In this document: piece by piece, positions 8,234 to 18,480 of the stretch
Numbering within the stretch: position 1 is the stretch's first letter
Layout of the letters: the number at the start of each line of letters is the position of its first letter
NCBI GenBank assembly: GCA_013002865.1
Contig: JABDLU010000202.1
Coordinates: 1,062 to 65,061 of the forward strand
Direction of reading: 5' to 3'
Length of the DNA: 64,000 nucleotides
Source: Acidimicrobiia bacterium
Lineage (GTDB): Bacteria > Actinomycetota > Acidimicrobiia > Spongiisociales > SHLN01
The notes under the pieces: model-generated
What the model saw: only the letters and a program-made list of their open reading frames with translations
The model's database searches: none
What the model was told of the DNA's origin: nothing
Position numbers and translations under genes: made by a program

Positions 8234-11200
8234 ATGGCAGACGGCTTCACACGAGTTACCCCCCGGGTCGACTTCCCCGCGCTCGAGCGGCGCATTCTCG
8301 ACCTGTGGGACGACCTCGATGCATTCCAGACCTCGATCGACATCCGGCCTCCGGAACGCTCCTACACGTTCTATGACGGGCCGCCGTTCCCGACCGGGAG
8401 CCCGCATTACGGCAACCTGCTGGCCGGGGTCATAAAGGATGTCGTGCCTCGCTACTGGACGATGCAGGGATACCGCATCGAGCGCCGCTTCGGATGGGAT
8501 ACCCACGGGCTCCCCATTGAGATGGAGGTCGAAAAGGAGCTCGGGATCTCCGGCCCGCGCGCCATCGCCGACTTCGGCATCGACAAGTTCAATGAAGCGT
8601 GCCGGGCCCGCGTCCAGGCCAACACCGAGACGTGGGAGGAAATCACCCGCCGCATCGGACGCTGGATCGACTTCGAAAATGACTACCGCACCCTCGATGT
8701 CGAGTTCATGGAGAGCGTGTGGTGGGCGTTTCGGCAGCTGTGGGACAAGGGTCTCATCTACAAGGACTTCAAAGTGCTGCCGTACTCGTACGGCGCCACC
8801 ACCCCGCTGTCGAACTTCGAGGCCAACATGGACTACCGGGACGTCGACGACCCGTCGATCACGGTCCGGCTGCGGGTCACGACCGACAACGGCCCGGTCC
8901 GGGCCGGCGATTCCCTGCTGATCTGGACCACCACCCCGTGGACGCTGCCTGCCAACCTGGCCGTCGCCGCCGGGGAGGGCGTCGCCTACGCCCGGGTGAC
9001 CGACGATCTGGACGGAACGGCCGGCCCGTTTTGGCTGGCCGCCGATTTGGTCGGGGCCTACTGGCCGGACGCCCCGCCAAGTATTTCGGACACCGTGGCG
9101 GGATCGGAGCTGCTGGGAACCGAGTACGAGCCACCGTTCGACTATTTCGGCGAGGAGCGGGACCGGGGCGCCTTCCGGGTCATCGCGAGCCCCGAGGTGA
9201 CCACCACCGAGGGCACCGGGCTGGTCCACATGGCACCGGCCTACGGCGAGGCCGACTTCTATGCCCTCCAGAACGCCGGCCTCGATGTCCTGGTCGACCC
9301 GATCGACCTGGAGGCCCGCTTTACGGAGGCGGTGCCCGACGTCGCCGGCCAGAACGTGAAAGACGCCGACGCCACCCTGATCCGGCTCCTCAAAGAGAAG
9401 GGCGCCATCGTGCGCCATACCCAGGTGCGCCACTCCTACCCGTTCTGCTGGCGGACCGGCACCCCGCTCATCTACAAGGCCATCCCGACCTGGTTCGTCG
9501 CCGTCGAGTCGTTCCGGGATCGCATGGTGGAGCTGAACCAGACGATTCACTGGGTGCCGGAGGCCATCGGCACCCGCCGCTTCGGCAATTGGCTGGCCGA
9601 CGCCCGGGACTGGGCGATCAGCCGCAATCGGTACTGGGGGAGCTGCATCCCGGTCTGGGAGTGTGATCAGTGCGACGAGTCGGTGTGTGTCGGCTCGATC
9701 GAGGAGCTCAAAGAGCTCTCCGGTGTCGAGCTCACCGACCTTCACCGCCACTTCGTCGATCCTGTGACCTTCCCCTGCCGGGAATGCGACGGGACAATGC
9801 AACGCGTCCCCGAAGTCCTCGACTGCTGGTTCGAGTCGGGCTCGATGCCGTATTCAGAGAACCACTATCCGTTCGAAAATGCCGAGACCTTCGAGCGACG
9901 CTTTCCGGCCGACTTCATCGCCGAGGGCCTCGACCAGACCCGCGGCTGGTTCTACACGCTGGTCGTGCTGGCCACCGCCTTGTTCGACGAGGTCCCGTTC
10001 CGCAATGGGGTCGTGAACGGCCTCATCCTGGCCGAGGACGGCCGCAAGATGTCCAAGAGCCTCAAAAACTACCCGGACCCAAACGACATTTTCGAAACCG
10101 AAGGGGCCGACGCGTTGCGCGCCTATCTGCTCAACTCGCCGCTGCTCCGCGGTGAGCCGCTTCGCTTCTCCGAGTCTGGGGTCCGGGAGGTGGTACGGAC
10201 CGTCATGCTGCCGTACTGGAACGCATTCTCGTTCTTTACGACCTACGCCGAAGCCGACGCCATCACCCTCGACGATCTACACGCCGCCCCGGCACCGGCC
10301 GAGCGGGCCGAGATCGACCGGTGGATCCTCTCGATGCTCCAGAGCCTCATCCGGACCGTCAACGAGCAAATGGAGGGCTACTACCTCTACAACGTGATCC
10401 CGCCGATGATCGACTTCATCGACGACCTCACCAACTGGTACATCCGCCGGTCCCGCAGGCGGTTCTGGCGACAGCGCGACTCCGACGACGACACCGACAA
10501 GCTGGCGGCGTTCGCAACGCTGCACGAGGTGCTGGTCACATTCGGAAAGGTCATCGCCCCGGTGCTGCCTTTCGTCACCGAGGAGATCTACCAGCAGCTG
10601 GTGGTGGCCCACCGATCGGGAACCGGGCCGACCAGCATCCATCACGAGGACTACCCCGAGAGCCGGGCACGCCTGATCGACACCTCCCTCGAGGAGACCA
10701 TGGCGGCGGTGCGCAGCGCCGTCGGGCTGGGGCGGTCGCTCCGGGTGGCCAACAACCTGCGGATTCGCCAGCCGCTGCGGACCCTCACGGTGGTGTCCCG
10801 GGACCCGGGGATGCTGGCCGCCCTCGAATCGCACGCCGACCTCATCGCCGAGGAGTTGAACGTCAAGCAGGTGCTGTCGAGCTCGGACGAAACCTCGCTT
10901 GTCACGCTCCACGGCAAGGCAAACTTCAAGTCGCTCGGTCCGCGCTTCGGCAAGGACGTGAAGGCGGTGGCCGCCGAGATCGAAGACCTGTCATCCGATG
11001 ACCTGCACCGGCTGCTCGACGGCGCGTCTATCGAGTTGTCGCAGGGAGTGATCACCGCCGATGACGTTGTGGTGACCCGCCGGGCCCAGGAAGGGGTCGT
11101 GGTCGACGCCGAGGGGCCATTGTCGGTGGCGCTGGACTGCACGTTGACCCCGGACCTCATCTCTGAGGGAGTGGCCCGTGAGATAGTCAACCGGGTGCAG

Positions 11201-11422
11201 AACGAGCGCCGCGAGCAGGGACTGAACGTGACCGATCGGATCCGGTTGACCTGGCATAGCCCGAGCGAGGTTGTGGCACGGGCCTTTGCCGGTTTCGGCG
11301 ACTACATCGCCGGGGAGGTGCTGGCCGTCGGCCTCGAGCAGGCGGACACGCCGCAGTCGTCAGATGTCAGCATCGGAGACGACACGCTCACCGTGTCGCT
11401 TGCGGTAGCTGAGGCCGGTTAG
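8234..11422 (+). CDS. ileS: isoleucyl-tRNA synthetase (type 2, eukaryote-like, typical of actinobacteria)
   Basis: The ORF opens at 7655 but the real start is the ATG in accATGgcag (MADGFTRVTPRVDFPALERRILDLWDD). HIGH-like motif PHYGNLLAG and KMSKS (GRKMSKSLKNYP) are present. Length 1062 aa. Confidence 0.95.
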   Translation: MADGFTRVTPRVDFPALERRILDLWDDLDAFQTSIDIRPPERSYTFYDGPPFPTGSPHYGNLLAGVIKDVVPRYWTMQGYRIERRFGWDTHGLPIEMEVEKELGISGPRAIADFGIDKFNEACRARVQANTETWEEITRRIGRWIDFENDYRTLDVEFMESVWWAFRQLWDKGLIYKDFKVLPYSYGATTPLSNFEANMDYRDVDDPSITVRLRVTTDNGPVRAGDSLLIWTTTPWTLPANLAVAAGEGVAYARVTDDLDGTAGPFWLAADLVGAYWPDAPPSISDTVAGSELLGTEYEPPFDYFGEERDRGAFRVIASPEVTTTEGTGLVHMAPAYGEADFYALQNAGLDVLVDPIDLEARFTEAVPDVAGQNVKDADATLIRLLKEKGAIVRHTQVRHSYPFCWRTGTPLIYKAIPTWFVAVESFRDRMVELNQTIHWVPEAIGTRRFGNWLADARDWAISRNRYWGSCIPVWECDQCDESVCVGSIEELKELSGVELTDLHRHFVDPVTFPCRECDGTMQRVPEVLDCWFESGSMPYSENHYPFENAETFERRFPADFIAEGLDQTRGWFYTLVVLATALFDEVPFRNGVVNGLILAEDGRKMSKSLKNYPDPNDIFETEGADALRAYLLNSPLLRGEPLRFSESGVREVVRTVMLPYWNAFSFFTTYAEADAITLDDLHAAPAPAERAEIDRWILSMLQSLIRTVNEQMEGYYLYNVIPPMIDFIDDLTNWYIRRSRRRFWRQRDSDDDTDKLAAFATLHEVLVTFGKVIAPVLPFVTEEIYQQLVVAHRSGTGPTSIHHEDYPESRARLIDTSLEETMAAVRSAVGLGRSLRVANNLRIRQPLRTLTVVSRDPGMLAALESHADLIAEELNVKQVLSSSDETSLVTLHGKANFKSLGPRFGKDVKAVAAEIEDLSSDDLHRLLDGASIELSQGVITADDVVVTRRAQEGVVVDAEGPLSVALDCTLTPDLISEGVAREIVNRVQNERREQGLNVTDRIRLTWHSPSEVVARAFAGFGDYIAGEVLAVGLEQADTPQSSDVSIGDDTLTVSLAVAEAG

Positions 11423-12225
11423 GCCCGCTCCCAGGGACGCTGTCCCCGCGGTTGCTGAAGGTAGGCGGCCTCGCGCGCCTCATCGGCACCGTCCTCGATG
11501 ACCGTGTTGTCATCGACGGCGTCCTCGACAACGTCGGCCACCCCGGCGGTGGCTTCGGCCCCGGCGGTGACTTCGGCGGCTTCCGGCTCAGCCTCCGCCT
11601 CGTCGGTCGCGACTGCGTCGGCTGCTTGAGCTGCTTGAGCAGCTTCGGCGGCAGCGGCAGCTTCTGCTTCATCGGCTTCGACGGCGTCATCGGTGGCCGC
11701 CGCCTGCTCCAGGATCTCCGAGATGGAGTGGGTCTCGAGGTCGATGGAGGCACCGAGCCCTTCGAGCTCGGCGGAGGCATTCTCGGCGAATGCCTTCAAG
11801 CGGGTCTGTAAATCGGACACGGCCGAGCGGAGCTGGGTGACCCGCCGGCGGAGTGCCTCGTGCTCGGTGGCGGATTCCTCCCGGGTGCGCGTGGCCTCCG
11901 ATCGGGCTTCGGCCACCATTGACTCCGCCTGGCCCTTGGCCTTGTCGAGAATGGCGTTGGCCTTCTCCTGGGCTTCGCCGACCATCTCCTGAGAGGTGCG
12001 CTGGGCGGTGATGTAGGTCCGCTTGATGGCCTCTTCGGCCTCTTTGGTACCGGCCAGATCCTGCTGGATGGTGTCGAGCTGTTCCTGCTGCTGGCGCAGC
12101 TTGAGCTCTTGACCACGCAGCGTCTCGACCACGCGATCGAGGAAGTCTTCTACGTCGTCGGGGTCGTACCCGCGGAATCGTTCGCGGAACGTTTTTTGCT
12201 GTACATCAACTGCGCTCAAATCCAT
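11419..12225 (-). CDS. divIVA: DivIVA-domain cell division/polar growth protein (Wag31-like)
   Basis: Start at the internal ATG (MDLSAVDVQQKTFRERFRGYDPDDVEDFLD). Long coiled coil followed by an Ala/Glu-rich tail. Convergent 4-nt overlap with the ileS stop. Confidence 0.85.
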   Translation of the reverse strand: MDLSAVDVQQKTFRERFRGYDPDDVEDFLDRVVETLRGQELKLRQQQEQLDTIQQDLAGTKEAEEAIKRTYITAQRTSQEMVGEAQEKANAILDKAKGQAESMVAEARSEATRTREESATEHEALRRRVTQLRSAVSDLQTRLKAFAENASAELEGLGASIDLETHSISEILEQAAATDDAVEADEAEAAAAAEAAQAAQAADAVATDEAEAEPEAAEVTAGAEATAGVADVVEDAVDDNTVIEDGADEAREAAYLQQPRGQRPWERA

Positions 12226-12274
12226 GTCGACAGCATAGCTTTGGATCGCGCCATTGTTCTCAGGCGGCTTGCTC

Positions 12275-12535
12275 TCAGGCGGCCCGCAATACCCCGTACA
12301 GGATCTGGAGGGCAACCAGCAGCACGATCACCGAGACGTCCAGAGCAACCGCCCCGAGGCGAACCGGGGGAATCAAGCGCCGCAACGGCATCAACATGGG
12401 GTCGGTGACAGAGGCAAGCGCGGTGCGCAGCCGCCCGACCGGATGGCCCGCCGGAACCTGAACCCAGTCCAGGATGATCCGCACAATGAGCGCGAAGATC
12501 GCCGCGAGAACGATGTTGGCGAGGATTCCGGTCAT
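12275..12535 (-). CDS. yggT: YggT-family membrane protein
   Basis: 86 aa with two TM segments. Occupies the conserved position between sepF and divIVA. Confidence 0.8.
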   Translation of the reverse strand: MTGILANIVLAAIFALIVRIILDWVQVPAGHPVGRLRTALASVTDPMLMPLRRLIPPVRLGAVALDVSVIVLLVALQILYGVLRAA

Positions 12536-12547
12536 AGGCGGCGCCGG

Positions 12548-13069
12548 TTAGGCGTCCAGCTCGTACAGGCCGAGCTCGTGGAGACGCTGCACTTCATCAT
12601 CACCGAGGGTGGTCCGGGCCGGTGCGACGAGGATCACTCCCTGGGCGACCTTTTGCATCGTGCCCTCGAGGGCATAGGTGATGCCGCTGGCGAAATCTAC
12701 GAGCCGCCGCACGGTGTCTGGCTCGGTGTCACGCAGGTCGAGCACGACCGCCCGCCGCACCCGCAGGTGATCGGCGAGAAGCTGGGCGTCGGCAAAATCA
12801 TGGGCTACCACGATCTCGGCCTGGGCGTCACGGCCGGGTACCTGACGGACCGCCGTGGCCGACGCGGGGACCGTCACGGACTCCATGCGCGCTTCGGTGT
12901 TGGCGGGACGCCAGCCGCGGCCGGAGGGCGGCTCGACTCGCCGCCCGCGCGGGGCGCCGCCGGTGACCTCGGCCGGTTGTGCCATCGGCGCCGGCTGCCG
13001 CTCATCCAACTCCCTCGACTCTTCGTCGAGCCCGAGAAAATACATTGCCTTGTTCCAGATGGAGCTCAT
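12548..13069 (-). CDS. sepF: cell division protein SepF
   Basis: N-terminus MSSIWNKAMYFLGL; C-terminal SepF core (IVVAHDFADAQLLADHLRVRRAVVLDL). Confidence 0.85.
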   Translation of the reverse strand: MSSIWNKAMYFLGLDEESRELDERQPAPMAQPAEVTGGAPRGRRVEPPSGRGWRPANTEARMESVTVPASATAVRQVPGRDAQAEIVVAHDFADAQLLADHLRVRRAVVLDLRDTEPDTVRRLVDFASGITYALEGTMQKVAQGVILVAPARTTLGDDEVQRLHELGLYELDA

Positions 13070-13084
13070 CGCACCAACCTCCCG

Positions 13085-13717
13085 TTAGTCAAAGATAGCC
13101 CGTCCCACGCGAATCGTGGTCGCGCCCGCCCGTATTGCTTGCTCAAAATCGTCGGTCATTCCGGCCGAAACCACCGTCATGGTGGGGTGCACCTCAGCCA
13201 GCGCATCGCGCAGCTCGACCAGCGCTTCGAAGTACGGCAGCGCCGGCTCCCCCTGCGGGGGAATCGCCATGACACCGTGAAGGTCCACGCCCAGCTCGAT
13301 CACATCGGTGGCGGCCGCCGCCGCCTCGGCCGGAGCGAAGCCGTGTTTTTGTGGTTCGCCGGCCAGGTTGACCTCGAGGAGCGCCGGCGGGGCGTCCCCG
13401 TCGCGCGCCCAGGCCGCGGCCAGGCGGCGCCGATCGAGCGAATGCAGCATCACCACGAGCGGCCGGACCGTCGATACCTTGTTGCGCTGCAACGGGCCGA
13501 CGAAGTGCCACCGGATGTCGCCGGGTAGCTCCGGCGCCTTGGCGGCCAATTCCTGGGCGCGATTTTCGCCAAAATCCCGCTGGCCGGCTTCGTACAGCGC
13601 CTGGATCGCCGACGGAGACCGGCCCTTGCTGACCACTACGAGTGTGATGTCGCCCGGGCTGCGCCCGGCGGCGGCACAAGCCGCCTCGATGCGAGCACGA
13701 ACGCCGGCCAGGCTCAT
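13085..13717 (-). CDS. yggS: YggS-family pyridoxal-phosphate homeostasis protein
   Basis: Motifs VVSKGRSPSAIQALYEAGQRDFGENRAQE and WHFVGPLQRNK. Alanine-racemase N-like fold. Confidence 0.85.
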   Translation of the reverse strand: MSLAGVRARIEAACAAAGRSPGDITLVVVSKGRSPSAIQALYEAGQRDFGENRAQELAAKAPELPGDIRWHFVGPLQRNKVSTVRPLVVMLHSLDRRRLAAAWARDGDAPPALLEVNLAGEPQKHGFAPAEAAAAATDVIELGVDLHGVMAIPPQGEPALPYFEALVELRDALAEVHPTMTVVSAGMTDDFEQAIRAGATTIRVGRAIFD

Positions 13718-14331
13718 AGCCAGCCAACCGATGTCTGTCGGGCTGCCGTGCCGGTGGCGCGGAAGCTATGGAACCCGGTTTCACAGTAGGTGCACAGGTC
13801 GGCCCGCCACACCTCGAGGCCTTCGAGTTGTGCGGCCGCCTCCGACCACAGGTCGACGCTCGGCGTGCCCTGGCGGGTCTGAACCGCCCGACCATCGAAC
13901 GCGGCGATGACCTCGTCACCCACCTCGTAACAGCACGGCCCGATCGAGGGACCGATGGCCGCCCGCTCCGGATCCTGTCCGGTGCGGCGCATGACGTCGA
14001 TGGCCGCTGCCACGACGCCGGCCGCCAATCCCCGCCAGCCGGCGTGCACCACCCCAACGGCCCGGGGCGCATGGAGCACAACGGGTACGCAGTCGGCGGT
14101 GCGCACGGCCAGCGGAAGGCCGGCGAGGCCGGTGACCAGGCCGTCGGACGCCTCGGTGGTACCGGGCTCGGTGACCAGCACCACGTTGGTGCCGTGCACC
14201 TGACTCATCCAGGCCCAGTCATCCGATATGCCAAGCTCCCCGGCAACCCCGGCCCGGATCGCCGGATCCGCCAGATCGCCGTCGGCGCTGGTGCCAAAAG
14301 CCGCTCCGGCGTAGGCCGGTGTGGTGATCAC
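13714..14331 (-). CDS. pgeF: peptidoglycan editing factor PgeF (YfiH / laccase-domain protein)
   Basis: Motifs [24 protein letters not shown] and [13 protein letters not shown] overlaps with neighbours on both sides. Confidence 0.85.
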   Translation of the reverse strand: MITTPAYAGAAFGTSADGDLADPAIRAGVAGELGISDDWAWMSQVHGTNVVLVTEPGTTEASDGLVTGLAGLPLAVRTADCVPVVLHAPRAVGVVHAGWRGLAAGVVAAAIDVMRRTGQDPERAAIGPSIGPCCYEVGDEVIAAFDGRAVQTRQGTPSVDLWSEAAAQLEGLEVWRADLCTYCETGFHSFRATGTAARQTSVGWL

Positions 14332-15365
14332 CCCTTGACGAATGAAGGGATGAGATCGTCGTCTCCGGCCGGCACCGAAGCCGACATCGGCGACGAGTAG
14401 CCGCGGCGACCGGTGTCGAATCCGGCGGCGACGACGGTCACCCGCATCTCATCGCCGAGTGAGTCGTCGACGACGGCTCCGAAGATGACGTTGGCGTCGG
14501 CAGCACAGCGAGTGGCGATTACTTCGGCCGCCGTGTTGACCTCGTAGAGCGTCATATCGGCCGGCCCGGCGATGGACAACAGGACACCGGTGGCGCCGTC
14601 CATCGACGTCTCGAGCAGCGGGCTCTCGACGGCCCGCAGGGCAGCCTTGTCGGCGCGGCCCTCCCCGGCCGATGCGCCGATGCCCATGACGGCCGAACCG
14701 GCATCCTGCATGACCGATTTCACATCGGCGAAGTCGACGTTGATCAGGCCGGGTGTGGTGATCAGCTCGGTGATTCCCGACACGCCTTGCAGCAGCACGT
14801 CATCGGCCAGCTTGAAGGCATCGAGCACGCTGGTCTTGTCATCGGAGACTTCGATCAGGCGCTCGTTGGGAATGATGATGAGGGTGTCGACCGCTTCCTT
14901 GAGCTCCTGGATGCCCTGCTCGGCCTGCACGGACCGGCGCCGGCCCTCGAAGCCGAACGGCCGGGTGACGACACCGACGGTCAGCGCGCCGAGGTTGCGG
15001 GCGATCTCGGCGACGACCGGCGCGCCGCCGGTGCCGGTCCCGCCGCCTTCGCCGGCCGTGAGGAACACCATGTCGGCACCCTTGAGGGCGTCCTCGATCT
15101 CTTCGGTGTGGGCCTCGGCCGAGGCCCGGCCGATCTCCGGGTTGGCCCCGGCACCGAGCCCGCGGGTGATCTCCCGGCCGATGTCGAGCTTGATGTCGGC
15201 GTCGCTCATGAGCAGCGCCTGGGCGTCGGTGTTGACGGCGATGAACTCGACGCCCCGGAGGCCTGAGTCGATCATGCGATTGATGGCGTTTACGCCGCCC
15301 CCGCCGATGCCGACCACCTTGATGACCGCCAGGTAATTGTGTGGACTCGATTGTTTGCTCGTCAT
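14328..15365 (-). CDS. ftsZ: cell division GTPase FtsZ
   Basis: [17 protein letters not shown], the tubulin signature [13 protein letters not shown] and the T7 loop NVDFADV. Confidence 0.95.
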   Translation of the reverse strand: MTSKQSSPHNYLAVIKVVGIGGGGVNAINRMIDSGLRGVEFIAVNTDAQALLMSDADIKLDIGREITRGLGAGANPEIGRASAEAHTEEIEDALKGADMVFLTAGEGGGTGTGGAPVVAEIARNLGALTVGVVTRPFGFEGRRRSVQAEQGIQELKEAVDTLIIIPNERLIEVSDDKTSVLDAFKLADDVLLQGVSGITELITTPGLINVDFADVKSVMQDAGSAVMGIGASAGEGRADKAALRAVESPLLETSMDGATGVLLSIAGPADMTLYEVNTAAEVIATRCAADANVIFGAVVDDSLGDEMRVTVVAAGFDTGRRGYSSPMSASVPAGDDDLIPSFVKG

Positions 15366-15449
15366 GGATCCTCCGCGTGTGTGCCCGTCGCACTCTACCG
15401 GCCCCCTCGATGGCGGTAAAGCGGTTCTTCCTCGACCTTTACTTCAGGG

Positions 15450-16226
15450 TTAGGCCTGAGGGGAAACCGGGGCGGGAGCCGGTTTTACGGCCGGGCGGGA
15501 CGGGGCGATGAGGTCGATGAGCCGCCCCTCACCCAGGCGGGGATCCTCCAGTACGGCGACGAGGGCAGCCGCCTTGGCCGCCATGTTGCTCGGGTCGCCG
15601 AGGCGAACCCGATGACCATTGATGTACGCCACCAGTTCCTCGCCTGCCATGCCGACAGAGAGCGGCCCGCGCAGGTCGACCGGGATGGCGGCGGCGAACT
15701 CGACCACGCCGGCCAGGCGGTCGGTCACCTGCTCGCCGATCGATCCGGCCACGGCGACGTCTCGACTCACCGTGGCCAGCTGGTCGGGGGCGGCGGCCAC
15801 GGCCTGCATGATGCGGCCGTCGTCGGAGACCGTCCGCCACCCGTCCGCCCCGGGGACGGCAATCACTTCCTGGCGCTCGATGAGCCGGACCTCGATCTGG
15901 TCAGGGAACCGGCGGTGCACAGAGGCGTCCTTCACCCACGGGTCGGCGGCCAGGGCGTCGGCCACGCTGCCCGATCGGATGAGAACGAGCGGACGACCCT
16001 CATACACGCGGTTGGCTTCGAGGATCTCCGAAACGGCGGCGTGGCGCGCCCCGACAACTTCGATGGAGGCCACCGAAAACAATGGGGACTGCGCCACCCA
16101 CGCCAGCGCCCAGCCGGCCGCCACGATGGTGAGTACCCACAGCGCCCGGCGGAGGTGGCGTCGCGCCCGGTGCTCGCGCACGGTGGCGCGACGGCGGAGG
16201 AAGCGGGGGTGGGCTCGTACGCTCAT
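15450..16226 (-). CDS. ftsQ: cell division protein FtsQ/DivIB (POTRA)
   Basis: Start at the internal ATG (MSVRAHPRFLRRR...), which overlaps the murB stop as ATGA. One TM segment followed by a POTRA domain (FSVASIEVVGARHAAVSEI). Confidence 0.8.
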   Translation of the reverse strand: MSVRAHPRFLRRRATVREHRARRHLRRALWVLTIVAAGWALAWVAQSPLFSVASIEVVGARHAAVSEILEANRVYEGRPLVLIRSGSVADALAADPWVKDASVHRRFPDQIEVRLIERQEVIAVPGADGWRTVSDDGRIMQAVAAAPDQLATVSRDVAVAGSIGEQVTDRLAGVVEFAAAIPVDLRGPLSVGMAGEELVAYINGHRVRLGDPSNMAAKAAALVAVLEDPRLGEGRLIDLIAPSRPAVKPAPAPVSPQA

Positions 16227-17131
16227 GTGAATGGGCCGGCGAACTGTACTTCCGGGACGAGGTCGACTCCGGTCTTTGCCAGGACCTGGGCCCGGACTGC
16301 GGCGACGAGGTCGTGGACATCCTGGGCGGTAGCCGACGGGGCCGCCTCGAAGAAGTTGGCGTGCTTGGTCGAGACGGCCGCCCCACCCACGGAGAACCCC
16401 TTGAGGCCGAGCTCGTCGATGAGCCGGCCGGCGGCGTCGCCGGGAGGGTTGCGAAACACGCTCCCGGCGTTGAGGGTGCCGCCGGGCTGATGAACCCGCC
16501 GCCACCGGGTGATCTCGCGCAGATGCTGCTGGCCTGCCCCGACCTCGATCGGATGGGTTTGGAACACGGCAGTGACGACGAGATCCGTGGACGTGAGCGA
16601 GCTCGACCTGTACTGGAAGCTGAGATCGCCCGGGGCCAGGTCCCGGAAACGGCCAGACGCCAGATCGAATACGCGAACCGACCGCACGCAGTCGGCAGTC
16701 TCGCTGCCGTGGCCGCCGGCGTTGGTGCGGATGGCGCCGCCGACCGACCCGGGAATCCCCACGTAGAACTCGAGCCCTCCCCTGCCGCGATTGACCGACT
16801 CGCGAGCGAGCCGGGGCAGCGGCACGGCGGCCCCGGCGGTGATGTCATGGTCCGGGGCGGGCCCGAGACCCAGCCCGGCAAAGGCATTCCCGAAGCGAAT
16901 TGCCAGGCCGGGCCAGCCGGCATCGGCGATCACGAGATTCGACCCCCGGCCGATCACGAGAACCGGTTGGGGATCTTCTGCCAGCGCGGCGGCAACGTCG
17001 ATGAGGTCCTGCTCGGCCGCGATCTCGATGAAGTACCGGGCCGGTCCCCCCAGCTTGTACGTGGTGAGCGCACCCAGCCTGACCGATTCAGCCACCCGGC
17101 CGGCGGCTACGAGCTCGCCGAAGCCGCTCAC
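16223..17131 (-). CDS. murB: UDP-N-acetylenolpyruvoylglucosamine reductase MurB
   Basis: Start at the GTG that overlaps the murC stop as GTGA (VSGFGELVAAGRVAESVRLGALTTYKLGGPARYF). FAD-binding motif VIGRGSNLV and the MurB C-terminal domain. Confidence 0.85.
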   Translation of the reverse strand: MSGFGELVAAGRVAESVRLGALTTYKLGGPARYFIEIAAEQDLIDVAAALAEDPQPVLVIGRGSNLVIADAGWPGLAIRFGNAFAGLGLGPAPDHDITAGAAVPLPRLARESVNRGRGGLEFYVGIPGSVGGAIRTNAGGHGSETADCVRSVRVFDLASGRFRDLAPGDLSFQYRSSSLTSTDLVVTAVFQTHPIEVGAGQQHLREITRWRRVHQPGGTLNAGSVFRNPPGDAAGRLIDELGLKGFSVGGAAVSTKHANFFEAAPSATAQDVHDLVAAVRAQVLAKTGVDLVPEVQFAGPFT

Positions 17132-18480
17132 GGCATCCCCAGCGCCGTCAACTCGGTGGCAAGACCGGTGATGTCTCCCGCCCCGAGCGTGAGCAGCAGA
17201 TCCCCGCTTTCCAGCTCGGCGGCGACCGCGGCGGCGAGCTCGGAGCGCCGGGCCACATAGCGGGTGGTGGCACCGCCGGCTTCGGCAGCGCCTGCCACCA
17301 GCGAGCCGGTGACCCCGGGAATGGGCCCCTCGCCTGCCGCGTATACATCGGTGACCATGACGAGGTCGGCTGCGGCGAGCGACCGGCCGAGCGGCTCCCA
17401 CAGCTCCTCGGTCCTGCTGTAGCGGTGCGGCTGGAAGGCGGCCACGATGCGGCCGTCATGCAGGGCGCGGGCGGCGGCGATGGTGGCGGCGATCTCGGTC
17501 GGATGGTGGGCATAGTCGTCGACGACGAGGACGCCCCCGATCCGTCCCCGGGTCTCAAAGCGACGCCGGACCCCGGCGTAGGCGGCAAGGCCGGTGGCGA
17601 CTTCCGTGATGTCGAACCCCAACTCACCGAGGAGCGCGATCACCCCTGCCCCGTTCAATGCGATATGACGGCCCGGGCGCGGAATCGATACCGCGACCGC
17701 TTCGCCGTGGCCGGCAACCCGGAAGTGGACGGCCCCACCGGCGGACTCGACCTCGCTCACCTGCCAGGCGGCGCCGGGGGCGGTGCCGTAGGTGATGGCA
17801 CCACTCGATTCGGCCAGCCGCCGGGCGCCGGGATCGTCAGCACAGGCCACCACCGGCCCCCGGGTGGCCTGAGCGACGCGCAGAAACGCTTCCTCGAGCT
17901 CCTCCAGCGTGCCGTAGTGGTCGAGATGGTCGGCCTCGATGTTGGTCACCAGCAAGCCGCGCAGGTGCAGGTGCTGGAATGTGCCAAAGGCTTCGTCGGC
18001 TTCGAGTGCAAAGACATCCGGTTCCCCGAGATGGGCACCGGTCCCGAGGCCGAGCAGCCGCCCGCCGACCAGGAAGCTCGGATCGCGTCCGACGGCCCGC
18101 AGGCCGGTCACCGCCAGCCCGGTGCTGGTGGTCTTCCCGTGCGTGCCCGAGAATCCAATGGCCGGCATGTCACGGGTGATGGCGGCCAGCAACCGGGGTC
18201 GCTCCCACACCGGGATGTCCCGGTCGCGGGCGGCCCGCAGCTCGGGATCGGAATCGGGAATGGCCGATGAGGCAACGACCAGCTGTGCCCCGGCGATCGC
18301 CTCGGGCCGGTGGCCGTCCCACACCTCGACACCGAGGTCGCGCAGTTCGCCGAAGCTGGGGTTGGGCCGCAGGTCCGAACCGGTCACGATGCGCCCCGCC
18401 TGGGCAAGCAGCTTGGCGAGCCCGCTCATCCCGGCCCCGCCGACGCCGACGATGTGCACGCGGGCCGGGATGCTACGCAC
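17128..18480 (-). CDS. murC: UDP-N-acetylmuramate--L-alanine ligase MurC
   Basis: Start at the GTG ~8 codons before VHIVGVGGAGMSGLA. Mur ligase motif GTHGKTTST. Confidence 0.85.
   Translation of the reverse strand: MRSIPARVHIVGVGGAGMSGLAKLLAQAGRIVTGSDLRPNPSFGELRDLGVEVWDGHRPEAIAGAQLVVASSAIPDSDPELRAARDRDIPVWERPRLLAAITRDMPAIGFSGTHGKTTSTGLAVTGLRAVGRDPSFLVGGRLLGLGTGAHLGEPDVFALEADEAFGTFQHLHLRGLLVTNIEADHLDHYGTLEELEEAFLRVAQATRGPVVACADDPGARRLAESSGAITYGTAPGAAWQVSEVESAGGAVHFRVAGHGEAVAVSIPRPGRHIALNGAGVIALLGELGFDITEVATGLAAYAGVRRRFETRGRIGGVLVVDDYAHHPTEIAATIAAARALHDGRIVAAFQPHRYSRTEELWEPLGRSLAAADLVMVTDVYAAGEGPIPGVTGSLVAGAAEAGGATTRYVARRSELAAAVAAELESGDLLLTLGAGDITGLATELTALGMP

Noticed and set aside
7736-9802. 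688-aa ORF antisense to ileS. Similar long antisense or alternative-frame ORFs are also present, for example 1499-2791 opposite dnaE and 47217-48929 opposite glgP. The same applies to 6106-7146, 6207-7307, 17128-19191 as extended, and 23660-24754.
   Set aside because: In a ~70% GC genome, stop codons are rare in non-coding frames. These ORFs are Arg/Pro/Gly-rich with no motifs, and they overlap confidently identified genes with conserved domains.
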